A stretch of DNA of 63,265 nucleotides, the filler included, from Hyphochytrium catenoides (lineage: Eukaryota; Protista; Hyphochytriomycota), in the NCBI GenBank assembly GCA_900088475.1. It is 11 parts of 11 records of this genome, joined end to end, with 100 filler letters (N's around TTAATTAATTAA, not from the genome) between each part and the next. Parts side by side here need not be neighbours in the genome. Positions count along the whole stretch, not along the records: positions 1 to 26,584 come from FLMG01003774.1; 10 more parts are not named here. The stretch is one strand, 5' to 3'. The notes under the pieces are model-generated. The model did no database searches. It saw nothing but the letters and a program-made list of their open reading frames with translations, and was not told the origin of the DNA. Positions 1 through 12,063 of this stretch are shown here, piece after piece. The first letter of the stretch is position 1, and each line of letters opens with the position of its first letter. Made by a program: the position numbers and the translations under genes.

Positions 1-159
1 AACTGTGAGCCTTTTAGAGCTCTTGTCAGCTTCTGCTCTCAACAAAAATTTCGGTATAAATTTCAAAAACCGCGGTTGTTCGATACTCCGCTTGTCCGAA
101 AACTTCTCAATATTCGTTTCCAAAACACAAAGCAGCTGCCAAAGTCAATTCTTCACCTT

Positions 160-1222
160 CTGAGAAAATGTCTCTATGGCTTGAAGCAGGCCTCTCGTGC
201 CTGGCACACTACGGTCATCCATTCTTTTCTACTTTCTCGCGGATTCACATCCCGTCATTCGGAACCGTGTATCTATATCAAGTACGTGGGACTGATTGTT
301 GAATGTTCAGCTTCGACCCTTCACAAGAGGGAGTTCGAGCTGCGGGGAGGTGTTGGAGTCTACAGCTATGTGGACTACAAGCTGGCAAGCTTAACTGCCA
401 AAGTTTCAGCTCCAAACTCCCAGTAGAAGCCGAGATATGAAGTAAAGGAATTGTCCCTGTTTATATCTATTGCTTATGGTCAGTACCCCAGGATACCTCC
501 AGGACTGACTATTCTAGACAGGGATATCGCTATAACTCCATATCTTAGACTTTATTAGGAATAGCTGGCATAGTCAGAATAGCTCTAGTTTATGGGACCC
601 CAGTTGGGCTTAAAAGTAGAGCACTCTCATCTAATGACATTGTCCAATCATCCCATATAATCCAACACTGATCTCGTCCTGATTGCCCCCTCTAAGTGAT
701 TGATCTTCTTTTTGTTGGCTCTTCTCCTACGTCGTTCCTACCTTCCTATCAAACTGTTTTGTCCTCCCGCTTTGAGATGTGATCGCTCTTCCCGCTACGT
801 AAATCTATCTTTCCAATCTCTCTACCCGAGCGCATTCTCACTCGTTCTGGAATGTCTACCTCTGCCCAAGTCTCAACCCACCTTGGTACCTCATCATATT
901 CTTCGAAAGGTTCCTGATATTGTCACCCCTGCCTTGAAGATCCTTACCGAGAAATGATGAAGTTCACAGCGCTGGGTGGCAATGGCTGAAGCTTAGTACG
1001 AGCACAAGATGAAACGATAACAAAGAGACTGGGTAACGTCTACTTCCCTGAGAGCTAGGTGTGTATACAGAGTGACTATTGTACTACTGACAACGAACAC
1101 TGTAGCGCTCAACATGAAGTACTTGGTACTCTTATGAATTTGATGGTTGTCTCTCGTCCCGACTTGGCTGCCTCCGTGGGAGTCGGCGGTCGCTTCCAGT
1201 CTAACTCTGGCAACGAACATGT
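160..1222 (+). pseudogene. Decayed Ty1/copia reverse transcriptase, interrupted by LTR insertions
   Basis: The motifs LRKCLYGLKQASRAW and EPCIY resume after the 297-667 insertion as DLVLIA..DLLFVG (degenerate YVDD). PYRE follows at ~943 and EVLGTLMNLMVVSRPDLA...RFQSN at 1115-1222. All are RVT_2 hallmarks. Confidence 0.85.
297..667 (+). mobile_element. Copia-type LTR (351-667) with PPT, as an internally deleted insertion
   Basis: TGTTGGA...TCCAACA termini at 351/667, PPT-like GCGGGGAGG directly upstream, and CTGAT target duplication at 292-296 and 668-672. Confidence 0.85.
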
Positions 1223-1551
1223 TGTTGGATTATATGGGATGATTGGACAATGTCATTAGATGAGAGTGCTCGATATAAGCCCCACTGGGGTCCCATAATC
1301 TAGAGCTATTCTGACTATGCCAACTATTTTGAATAAACCCTAAGATATGGAGTTATAGAGATATCCCTGTCTAGAATAGTCAGTCCTGAAGGTATTCCGG
1401 GGTACTGACCATAAGCCATAGATATAAACATGGACATTTCGTTTGCTTCATATCTCGGCTTCTACTGGGAGTTTAGAGCTGAAACTTTGGCAGTTAAGCT
1501 TGCCAGCTTGTAGTCCACATAGCTGTGTCCTCAGACTCCAACACCTCCCCG
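1223..1551 (-). mobile_element. Second copy of the same copia-type LTR (3' LTR with PPT)
   Basis: Reverse complement of 351-667 over 1223-1543; PPT CGGGGAGG at 1544-1551 on the minus strand. Confidence 0.9.
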
Positions 1552-1849
1552 TGATGGGTAGTCCGAGTCTCCTGGGCCAATTGGCTATCAGCGTAGCGCT
1601 TGCTACGAAGGAGGCTGCTCTCATCTCTAGTTCTATCCCTTCTCTCCCTCTGTCGCTCTCTGGTTCCCCTGGGATCGGTTTGCTTCTGCTATCAATGTTA
1701 ATCAGTCAATGAAGTTCGATCTAAGAGAAAAGTCCTTAGAATGGCCTTAGAAGTCTTCCTCTGCAAAGCTTTGTCGGAGCTGAGGGCCTGGTCAGCCGAA
1801 GCGAAAACTTAGCTAAAGTCATTGACTCACTCTTTTTACATACTACGGC

Positions 1850-2700
1850 AACTGCTATGCTATTACCTGGAATCCGCCTTCTAACGTTCACATCACTACT
1901 GGCAACCTGTTCTATTCCTGGACTTGGTAGTTACAAGCATGTTGGAATTGGAGATTCAGCTCATCCTCTCTCCATACTGCTGTAACGGATGGTTAACGAC
2001 AAGTAGATCCGGTAGATAACATCAAAGGACTCTAGCGATACCTATCGATACCTTTACGGAGTGTGCAGAGTGTCGTTTGATCTACGGAGTCTTGGTCTCA
2101 CCCATCTGTTACGACTTTTTACATATAAGAGATAGGCAACCGAGATCCTGTTGTTATTAGCAAGAGCTGCCTCAACTCCTTGGCTTTGGCACAAGCGCAC
2201 AAGGATTTGTTCTGGGTAGAATAGACAGACTTGTAGAGAGCCTTCCTAGGTTTGCAGGAGAGGTACAAGGATCAAGTCAGCAGTCATTGTGTGATAGAGC
2301 TTTCAGGAGAGAAGGCTTTCTCTCCTCTCACCTCTCTTGTTGTCACAGGCTCCTTCTTGGTCTTGCTTTGTTGTCTCTACATGATACATTTTCTAGGGTA
2401 GAACTTTATTAAAGGAGAGACCTGTTCGTCTTTCTTTGCATGATAAGCATAATGAGAGGAGACTCGCAGTCTCACTTTTCTCACATCTGGAGAACACATT
2501 CTCATCGTGGACACAAGCTGCTGTCGCGCATAGTGAAGACTCACCTGTTCTTGTTGCTTTCTTTACTTTCAATAGAGCTCAGCTCGATTCTTGTGACTAG
2601 TCCAACTTCCTCTGTCACGCAATATCTCACAAAGCAGTCTTACACTTCAACACTAAATGATATGGCTTTTCCAGAAGACACAGACTACCAGACGGCCTTC
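1850..2700 (+). pseudogene. Highly decayed copia pol (protease / GAG-pre-integrase / integrase)
   Basis: VGIGD, PWLWHKR (GAG-pre-integrase-like), DTFSR and IMRGDS (resembling DDFSR and IRSDNG), broken by many frameshifts. Confidence 0.45.
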
Positions 2701-2829
2701 CCTACTACTGCTTCTATCATCTTCAATGCTTCACACTTCTTCTTCTCCTTCTCCTAGCCTCTTCTATCATCTTCAGTGCTCCACACTACTTCTTCTCCTT
2801 CTCTTAGCCTCTTAAGTGCTTGTTGAATC

Positions 2830-4800
2830 CACGATCGCCACCTCTGGAGAGAAAGAGACCTGTTTATCAGCTAACTGCGTCACTCCGCCGCCAGGGTCGA
2901 AGGAAACTGATCTCGTGTACCACCGGGGCTCCCATCTCCTCTCCCGATGGCATGAAGGCTTCATTTCTTGGTCGGACGGCATCCTCTCGGAGACTTCTTC
3001 CAGGCGGCAGCGCGCTCCTTCCACGCCGTCCAATAGTCCGCGCCGTCTGCGTCCCTACTAAGAGGTTTGTTGGGACAATCGTCGGCGTCGGCGCGATGCC
3101 CAGGCTTTCCACAACCAAAACACAAGGGGATGTTAAGCTTCTGGGGTCGACCTGAGCCGTCACCATCCTGGTTGTTCTCCCAAAAGCCTCCTCAGTTGCG
3201 CCCTGTTTTTCTGGCTCAACTTTATTGAACGAGGGCGTTGAGGTGATGGGTGGCATTTGGCGAGGGATGATGAACTTTACAGAGCTGGATGGCAATGCCT
3301 GAAGCTTCTGTATGAGCACAATCTAGATGCAATGATAATAAAGGGACTTGGTATTGATGTGTGTGGAGATTTCTCTGAATGATGACTCAGTCCTGAGAGC
3401 CTGGTCTGGACTCGAGATCTTTTGCTCGGCCCAGCTTCCCTCATCATCTCTCTCCCCTCTGCTGCTCCTGTGTTCTTCTGGAAATTCTTCTCACATCCCT
3501 CTTTCCCATAACACTGGTGTACCCGTAACGTCTATGTCCCTTAGAGCTAGGTGTGTATAGAGAGTGACTACTGTACTACTGACAACGAACATAGTAGCAC
3601 TCAACAGGGGAGTCTGGCTGGCACCACGACTTCGCCCCCCTCTTCCATAGGCTTGGAAGTGTACCTCCTCCTAGTCATGTAAGCGGTCCAGCATGCATCC
3701 ATGGACCTAAAGTTGTAGAACTCTACCTGAGTCTTCTCATCATAGATATGAGGGACTCCAATGGTGAGGTCATACAACCGCTGCATCCGTGCTCCTTCAT
3801 GCTGAAGCAATTGAGGCGCAGCTTGTCGAACTCCTTGAGGTACCGTTCGACATTCTCTTCCTTTTTTGCAGGGCTGCATCAAGAAAAGCTGCTGCGGGAG
3901 CTCTCTTCTAGGAGATGGCACTTGTGCTTCTTCAGCAGTGCCCTTTGCGAGTTCGCTCCAAGTTGCCTGCGTCCGGTGGCCTTTGTTCGCCCGTGCTGCA
4001 GCCACGCGTGAAGCCAGGATGCCGCCTTGTCCTTGTGGTAGCTCGAGGCAAGTGTACCTCTTGTTACCCCGTCCAAATCCCCGTGAGGAGAGAGAATCTT
4101 GTCCATCGCCCGCGCCCATTGAATGGTGGCGAGAGGAGAGGCAGTCGGGCCACCGCGGAACTCCGTGGGCTTGTGGATCAACTTCGTCAAATCCCAGTGG
4201 CGCGATGCCGGTTTGATTCCTTGCGAAAAAGAATTAATCCCCATCTCCACGCCCTCGTCTGGTTCCGAAGCTTGATCACTCGGAGGGTCTGCCTCATCAT
4301 CCAGGGTGGACAAGCCCATGCCTGTTATTATTATGTTGTTATTAAGCGCTCCAACTTCACTGCACTGTGCGGGGCAGCAAACCGCGGGCGCTCATCATCA
4401 TCCGCAAACACGTGCTGCTTCTTCTGAGCCGCAGCAGGTGTGAAAAATCCTCCCAACTTGCCTTTGTTGGATCCTTGTGTCACCACCTTTCCTACCTTCT
4501 CGGTGGGAGTCGACAAGACCAGCGGGGTCTTTGCCGTGGCGGGGACGTTGAACGCGCTGTCCTCGCTCTCGGTCTGCTTGTCCGCGACAAGGAGAGACTT
4601 GAGATCCTCAATATGGTCAGCATTCGTCTGAGTTGGTCCTGAAGACCGCTCAGAATCTTAGCCAGACTTTGACCCTGACTTTCCAATTGAGCAACCTGGT
4701 CCTCCGAAGCCGTCATCCGGCCAGCGCTGACAACCGACTGCATGTAAGCAGGCGGAGGCGCGGATGAGGGCTGCGATGATGGGTTCAAATCAGCCATGTC
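2830..4800 (-). pseudogene. Ty3/gypsy gag (element A), frameshifted, with CCHC knuckle
   Basis: KPTEFRGG...QWARAMDKIL...LASSYHKDKAASW and ENVERYLKEFDKLRL resemble Retrotrans_gag. Knuckle CFGCGKPGHRADADDCP lies at ~3070-3125. An LTR-end fragment (~3320-3606, ending CAACA, also seen at ~1030-1114) interrupts it. Confidence 0.75.
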
Positions 4801-4858
4801 TTCGACACTAATCGGGCAGTCACCAAACCGTTCCGTGAGCCCCGACTCACTAACCCGG

Positions 4859-5182
4859 TGTTGGAGTCTGAGGGCACAGCTATGTGGACTACAAGCTGGC
4901 AAGCTTAACTACCCAAGTTTCAGCTCTAAACTCCCAGTAGAAGCCGAGATATGAAGCAAACGAAATGTCCCTGTTTATATCTATGGCTTATGGTCAGTAC
5001 CCCGGAATACCTTCAGGACTGACTGTTCTAGACAGGGATTTCTCTATGACTGAATATCTTCGGGTTTATTAGGAATAGTTGGCATAGTCAGAATAGCTCT
5101 AGTTTATGGGACCCCAGTTGGGCTTATAAGCAGAGCACTCTCATCTAATGACATTGTCCAATCATCCCATACAAATCCAACA
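4859..5182 (+). mobile_element. Solo LTR, third copy of the copia-type LTR family
   Basis: TGTTGGA...TCCAACA termini with a perfect CCCGG TSD at 4854-4858 and 5183-5187. Confidence 0.95.
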
Positions 5183-5341
5183 CCCGGCAGTACTGTACTG
5201 AACGAGAACACGAACTAACTCCTCTGGTTAGCCCGACAAGCTTGTAACAAACAACGACGTCGACGGAGTGCGCACAGAAAGTGGTTTCACAACTGAAACC
5301 GAAGAGCTCGGAAGAGATCAACAAACCACAAGACCGACGTT

Positions 5342-5356
5342 GTTAATCAGCTACCA
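5342..5356 (-). promoter_or_regulatory. Primer binding site of gypsy A (initiator tRNA-Met-like)
   Basis: TGGTAGCTGATTAAC immediately follows the LTR end ...ATTACA on the minus strand. It implies an A1:U72 acceptor pair. Confidence 0.7.
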
Positions 5357-5614
5357 TGTAATATGAGAGACTGCTGCAGCTCTCGAGAGAGTGGGAGAAA
5401 GAAGGTGCTCTGTCTGTACCTTGGCTGGCCAGGCCTCAGTTCAGACAAGCACCACGCAGAGGAAGACTTCGCGGAAACACCCGCAAGTAGCAAAGTGTCT
5501 TCTATGTAAGGGATTGTACAAGCACAGTAGAGTAGCCTAGACCTCCCCCTGGAGCCATGGAGTGACTGAGGTCATCAAGTGGCTTGGGGCGGCGGGCAAA
5601 CGATCAATATTATC

Positions 5615-5869
5615 TGTTGAACTGTGATCGACACTGAAACCAAAAACTGTACAGCGGACGACGCAGAGGGGAAAATCCCTGGTATATAAAGAAAAACGGA
5701 GATTAGTCAAGAGTACGTTTGGTGTATGGTGCATACTGGTTAGGGTGTCGGCATCAAAGGCAGAGGTCCTGGGTTCAAATCCCGGAGCGTACAAAAGTTT
5801 TCTCCTATATATCCAGACACCCCCAAATATTAATTCAAAGTGCTCACCATCCAATGATAAAATCTAACA
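5615..5869 (+). mobile_element. 255-bp solo LTR containing a tRNA-like sequence
   Basis: TGTT...AACA termini, TTATC TSD at 5610-5614 and 5870-5874, and absence from the sister LTR at 9778-9950. Confidence 0.85.
5713..5793 (+). tRNA. tRNA-derived sequence (pseudo-tRNA, Val-like body) inside the LTR
   Basis: Acceptor stem GTACGTT/AGCGTAC+A; T arm CTGGG-TTCAAAT-CCCGG; anticodon arm TCGGC-ATCAAAG-GCAGA with one mismatch; D region ~8 nt too long. TATATAAA lies ~30 nt upstream and TTTT just downstream. Confidence 0.7.
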
Positions 5870-8800
5870 TTATCATCATTCTGGCATTTCCCGAGCTCCC
5901 CTAGGCCTCTCGTCTTGCTAGTACCTTACATGGTGCATTCGCCGAATTCAAGCAACCCGTAGAAGACTACCAAGAGAAGCTCACGATTGATACACTCATC
6001 CAGTAAGCTACTATGACTGCCAACACACGCAGCACACGGAACAATCCGAAAACGACACCATCGTCACCGCTGCCCACAGCAGCACCAGACGAACCCGCAA
6101 CTCCGATGAGTGATAACTCAGAGGAAGCGGAAAGCCTAAATGAAATTGACCAATTACCCCTCCAACAGGCTGTGCCTAAGGAGAGGGAACAGAGTCCTCT
6201 ACAACCACCACAAGACGTAGAGAGAACTCCCACCACCATGACAGTCGAACAGGATCTACGTGATAAAGGCACAGGTTGAAGAACTCCTAGACCACGCCGC
6301 CAGGCTACATAGCCTGGTACAGGTTCAAAACAAGCTACTCACGACCATACTAGAGAGGTCCCCTAACACAATAGAGCGCCAAAACTCTACAAAAGTGAAA
6401 AGCCACCATCTGCCAGCTTACACTGTAAAGCATGACGACCCCCACAAGAAGTCAGCTTTATATTGGGTACGTTCAACAGTTCATGGACGCCATACGCAAT
6501 ACACATGCAGAAGCATCCGATCATGACAAAGTGAACGTGCTCATCAGCAAAATCCAAAGTCATATCGACCCGGACACCGTGGTCCCATAGACGAAGTCCA
6601 GGACCATGAACTTCGAGACATACTGCTCAAAGCTCATCGAAAGGTATGTCCAGCATATAGACAAAGGCTTACAACGCCTCAATGTAATGCTGGCGACCCA
6701 CAAGTTCCGTACGGACAGCCCCGAGGAATGGAAAAAGTCTATCAAACGAGCCGTATCTTTGACCAAGGCATACATGCTGTTGATTGAACAGTTTGAGCTT
6801 GATAAGGACGCCGGACTCACTGACCCGGACAAAGCTCTAAGCACGAAAAGCGAATGGAGAAAACTGCATGGTCAATTCCATGCTACAATGCCAAAGGAAG
6901 TATTTAGCCTATTTCCCTGGGACACGCTTGTCAAAGCAACGAACGAGGGCGAATTCCGAGCTTATACAAATAAGCTCCATGCAGTGGAAGTGACCAACTC
7001 CGACTCCCACCACTCCAAACGGAGACGGGAGGAGCGAGCAAACAGTACTTCTGCCAAGAAGCAGAAAGGACCCCAACACTCCACCGCCCAAACGTTCAAT
7101 GCTCTCACGTTCGCGGAAATGACTAAGGACCAACAGCAACAATACTTGTTAACCCCCCCAAAGGAACATCCAACTGTGTGGCTACCAAGGCTGCAAGGGC
7201 AAACGTAGAACAGAGATCTGTAGGTTCAACTCGAACTGCATTAATTCCAAACTAAGCCTAGAAGAGATTCTGAAGGCTAAACAACAAAGGCGTGAACGAA
7301 AGTTGCCTAACAATAGTGATCATAAGAGAAATAATAACAACGAAAGCTCAGTTTATCACTCGTCTTTAGATCTAACCGCCACACAGCATCAGTCCGACAA
7401 AGGACGACAGCAAAACATCATTTCCAATGTCATACATCCGTCACATATGATACAAGATGAGACCTCATCTAAAAGGTTGACCTCCTTTGCTCGAGACGCC
7501 AGCCAGTGTGAGAGTGATGGAAAAGCCTCACACCAGCCCGCCATCCCTACTGAACATGAGTCAGAAAAAGGCAGCAGCTCGAGTTCAGAAGCAGCTTCCG
7601 CACCTCAATGGCCAAACAAACAAATAACACGCGTATCAATAACAAAAAGTCGCTATCGAAGACATCACAGCGTAACGCGGGACGCCGTGCTGATCGCGAT
7701 GATGGCAACGATACCGCACCACCATCACACTTTGATAATGTGCAACAACAACAAAGACAAAATACCTGTCAGGAAGTCCAACAGCTACGTTGCGACACAT
7801 GCACGAACTAACTCTGGCCTCATCAACGGGGGAGCTAGCACGAACAGTGAACAGTTCACGTTGATATCGGAGCCCGAATATCTTTCGTTTCTTTCGAATT
7901 CCTAAAAGGTCATCCCCGACTAAATAAGCGAATCCATCACCGCGCGAAATACTTCGCTAACGTGACAGGAGACACAACATACCTTCGTTGGGAACAATAA
8001 AGCTCTCACTGTCTCTCGGAGGGATAACCTTCCAAGGGAGATTCGAAGTAATGACAATGCCTTACTGGCAAGTCAATCTGGGAACTGATAAATACGAATT
8101 TGAGCTGGCACTGCTTGAGAAAGGGTATGAGAGGGGCAACATAACTCGCTACTGGGCATGCGATAACTGTGACCGAAGTTAGAGTACCCAACAAACAATA
8201 GAGACACCACCACCAAAGGCAAAATTCCTCATGCCAAGAGCTGAACAGCTACTACCAAAATGTCTCACGGTGAATGATTATGAAAAGCTAACGAGCGAAC
8301 CACTCGCCACTATCAATCATTATATAATTGATTCACCGACAATTATATGCACAGTTGTTGATAATCAACAACAAGATCAAAGCACAACAAATAATAATGA
8401 TGATGACGGACATCAGCAACAAATATCAAAGGAGGAACAACGAAATACATTATTAATTTGATTTCTTCATTGTGGATTTAACGACAAACAATACCTTACT
8501 CAGCCATACACCGATGAACAAAAGGCTGCCATGACCGAATGAATGCACGACCCATTTGACGATTTTGCAATGATAGTACCTGCAAAAAGTAAAAGTGCGC
8601 GAGAAACAGCGTTCCTAATATGGGAACAATGGCTCACTGACCCGATCGGTGGCATCCCTGAAATACTGCAACACGACCCACACCAAATCTTCCTATCTGA
8701 CGTGGTATAATGCTTACGTGAGATGTACGACATAAAGGCAAGTGTTAGCTCCGCAGGAAGCCATGGCAAGACAAGCCGAGTTGAAAGAACGATAAGAACC

Positions 8801-10154
8801 TTCAACAACATGCTATCTAAAATGATTAGCGAAAATCAAACCGACTGGGACATCAAATGCAGCGCAGTCTGGAAAGCACATGCCATTTGTATATCATCAA
8901 GCACTGGGTACTCTCCAATATTCATGCGCACTCTAATGCATCGCCGCTTACCGAAATAATCCCATACTCCGATCGTACACCAGAAAAGATGTGCACAAAG
9001 CCAAAACAATACGTCGATGCCATGACAGAAGTATTCAACGAAGCATCAAGAACTCCATCACGTATAGGCAACACCTAGCAGACCAAAAGCACCGGCTGCT
9101 ACTAAAGCCCCGACTACCTCAAGTGCACGAGTACGAAGCACTGAGCATAGGGCAATCAGTCAACCGACTGAACGTGTCAGCTCTGAAGCCAAAGAAAGAA
9201 CAAGCAGACGCACAAAAAGGCACAGCTAACTCTGCCGACTCAATTCTTCTGCAAGAATAGAAAGCAACAACCCCCAAGCCGAAACAAAGCTTGCCACATA
9301 TTGGGAACAAGGGTACAAAGTTCTGGAAAAAGTTGACGCCTTAACATACAAGTTAGGGTACAAAAGAACAACTAAGACCGGCAAAACACGCCAAAAGACA
9401 GTGATTGTGCATCTGAAACACATACGACCAGCACAGGACGCAGAGAACGATACAACCGCTGCAAGCGATGAACAAAAGGCCCGTCGTCCTCCACTACCAC
9501 CATCCTCCCAATAGAACAACAAACAAGTGATTGTTTCCTTCATCACCTTGCAGAGACAAGAACGGAGGTTTTTCCAATCACGCCATAAATCCACATATTA
9601 TTGTTTCCTGCCAGCTCTCAAGAACTGGAGGGTTTCCTTCTGAATGCAAAAGAGGAAAGAGCATGGTAATGATCGGGTCGTTACAATACTCGCGACTCTC
9701 TACACTATCAGTTGACAATTCCCCCAACCTTTTTGCTCTTCAGAATCATTCCATAACACCACATTCACCTTCGGGCATGTAAGGGATTTTACAAGTACAG
9801 TACAGTGGAGTAGCCTAGACCTCCCCCTGGAGCCATCGAGTGACTGAGGTCATCGAGCGAGTGGCTTGGGGCGGCGCGCTAAATGATCAATATCATCATT
9901 CTGGCATTTCCCGAGCAGCTCCCCTCTCGCCTTGCTACTAGGACCTTACATCTACTATTAACTGAGATATAGAGGGTAAGAGGGAGTCGTCGCTTGCGAG
10001 AGAGTCAGTCCTGAGAAGTGCAAAGATAAAGGAGTAATAACATGCAAGAGGAGTAGTGTCAACAGGCTATTCTAATAACATGCAAAGAGAAAGAGAGAAG
10101 AAAGGAAAAGGAAGAGATCATCCTTCATCAGAGCCATTCGTTGCCGACTCTTTA

Positions 10155-10411
10155 CAGTCGACTACCCGGTTGAGTTTACACGGGGTTGAGTTGTCACCCG
10201 GTTCAGTTGACATATCTTGGCTGGAACCAACTCATCCTTCTACGTTCTGACAAAGTATGGCTTTATTGCGGGAAATGAGTTCCCAAGGCGTGAACATGCG
10301 AAAAACAGCAAAAAGACATGTTTTGACGTCCTCTCCCTCCTGAGTTGTCACCCACTTGAGTTGACAAAATCGGTCGGAAACGGCATGACAACTCAACCGG
10401 GTGGTCTACTG
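10155..10411. mobile_element. pogo/Tc1-like MITE
   Basis: 22-bp TIRs CAGTCGACTACCCGGTTGAGTT / AACTCAACCGGGTGGTCTACTG (2 mismatches), preceded by TA, and absent from the paralogous LTR at ~11005. Confidence 0.8.
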
Positions 10412-10882
10412 TTGTATAGTAAGGACTACCCGCCCTGAGAGTCCTCTCAAAGAGAAGAGTTCACATCCCATACACCGGGCGATCCGTGTCCAGAGCGCAA
10501 TCAGGTGGTTAGCAGCCGTCAGAGGAGATATACATATAACAAGGAGAGGAGAGCCTAAAGCGGGGCGAAGAAGAGAATGATGGGAGAAGACTTGAGACGA
10601 AAACGAGGATCTTGAATTGAGCCCACGATCGAGTTTGGTGGCAAAGAGTCAAGCCCCGGGGTGACTGACGGTTCGCTGGTCACCTCTTTCTGAAATTAGA
10701 AGGCCGCGAGAAGGGGCCAACGCACTCCGATGGACAACAGGAGGGGAATCAGACGAATGTAGACGAAAACAGGAGAGAGCGGGACGGAAGAGAGACAAAG
10801 CAAAATAAGAGGACGAGAGGGAAATGAGACGGAAGGGAAGGGAGAGAAGCTAGGGTAGTGCCTAAGAGAATGAAAGAGGCGG

Positions 10883-11377
10883 TGTTATATGTGTGTCTCC
10901 TCTGACGGCTGCTAGCCACCTCTGATTGCGCACTGGACACGGATCGCCCGGTGTATGAGATGTGACCTCTCCTCTTTGAGAGTACTCTCAGGGTGGTTAG
11001 TCCTGACTAGAGTCCGCAACGAATGGCTCTGACGAAGGAGCTCTCTTTCTTTTCCCTTTCTACCCTCTTCCTCTTTGCATGTTCTTAGAATAGCCTGTTG
11101 CCACAACTTCTCTTTCATGTCGCTCCTTTATCTTTGCATTTCTCAGGTAGACTGACTCTCTCGGAAGGGAGACTCCGTCTCACCCTCTATATCTCAGTTA
11201 ATAAACTTCTTTCCGAAGTAAAAGACACTTTGCTACTACTTGCGTGTGTTCCCGCGAAGTCTTCCTCTGCGTGGTGCTTGTCTGGACTGAGGCCTGGCCA
11301 GCCAAGGTCCAGACAGAGCACCTCCTTCTCTCTCTCTCACTCTCTCGAGACCTGCCTCGGCAGTCTCACATATTACA
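10883..11377 (+). mobile_element. Solo LTR of the gypsy A family
   Basis: TGTTATATG...ATATTACA termini with GGCGG/GGCTG TSD. The empty site with a single GGCGG is seen in the duplicated segment at ~17290. Confidence 0.9.
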
Positions 11378-12063
11378 GGCTGGGAGTAGAACTCAAGCGC
11401 CAATCATGCATAAATATGTGAATGAAGCACGACGAAGAAGTGATAAAGGATGTGGGAAGCGCTCCATCATTGGCAAACTTGTTATATACTTCTTGAAAGC
11501 TGGTGATGAAGTGGCGAAGAGGTTAGTCCTCTGTCAGACCAAGAGCAATCAAGGGATTAGACAAGAAGAGATGGCTGAGTCTCAGCAATGGGTGATGATC
11601 TCTGTCGCCCAAGGTGAGGCTTGTTGAGCAGGAGAGGCCCTTGAGCCTTCTGGTACAGGTCAGAACCGCTCTTTCTCTCTATTCCACGCCGCAACTCCTG
11701 ACCCTGTCTCTACTTTTTTTGCTCACCTGAACACCTGCGCGCTTCTTTCCTCTTCTCTTTTTGTTCGCTGTGCACCTTTCCCCCTGCGGAGAGACTCTGT
11801 TTTCCTCTCTCTCTTCATGTAAGGCCCTGTTTCTGGCCCTCCTGATTTTTTCTTAGACACAGAGAGATGAGATAGTACTTTATTAAGAGTGAAGCAGAGG
11901 AGGAAAGAGGGCGAGCTTCCACAGAGAAAGCTACGCTTCATGGAGAGAAGGTGAAGATAGGACACATTCCTCAATCACACAGGAGATAGAGAAGCATGAA
12001 TACATGTCTACGGATCCGTCCCTCTTCATATAGGGTGGCCACTGAGCTACATCCTCGTAGGTG

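Larger units (their letters stand above)
5505..9950 (+). mobile_element. Ty3/gypsy element B, non-autonomous (gag-PR-IN, no RT/RNase H)
   Basis: LTRs TGTAAGG...CCTTACA at 5505-5930 and 9778-9950, with TCTA TSD. PBS TGGTGCATTCGCCG is tRNA-Gly-like. Protease GLINGGAS / VNLGTD; integrase CDNC, GIPEILQHD, VERTIRTFNNML, STGYSP; GPY/F-like KLATYWEQGYKV...VHLKHIRP. Confidence 0.9.
5357..10541 (-). mobile_element. 5' LTR of gypsy A, split by gypsy B (5505-9950) and a MITE
   Basis: 5357-5504 plus 9951-10541 together match the reverse complement of the solo LTR at 10883-11377. Confidence 0.85.

Noticed and set aside
5713-5793. Functional tRNA-Leu(CAA) or UGA suppressor
   Set aside because: There is no long variable arm, the anticodon stem is mismatched, the D region is oversized, and TCA is not in the anticodon register.
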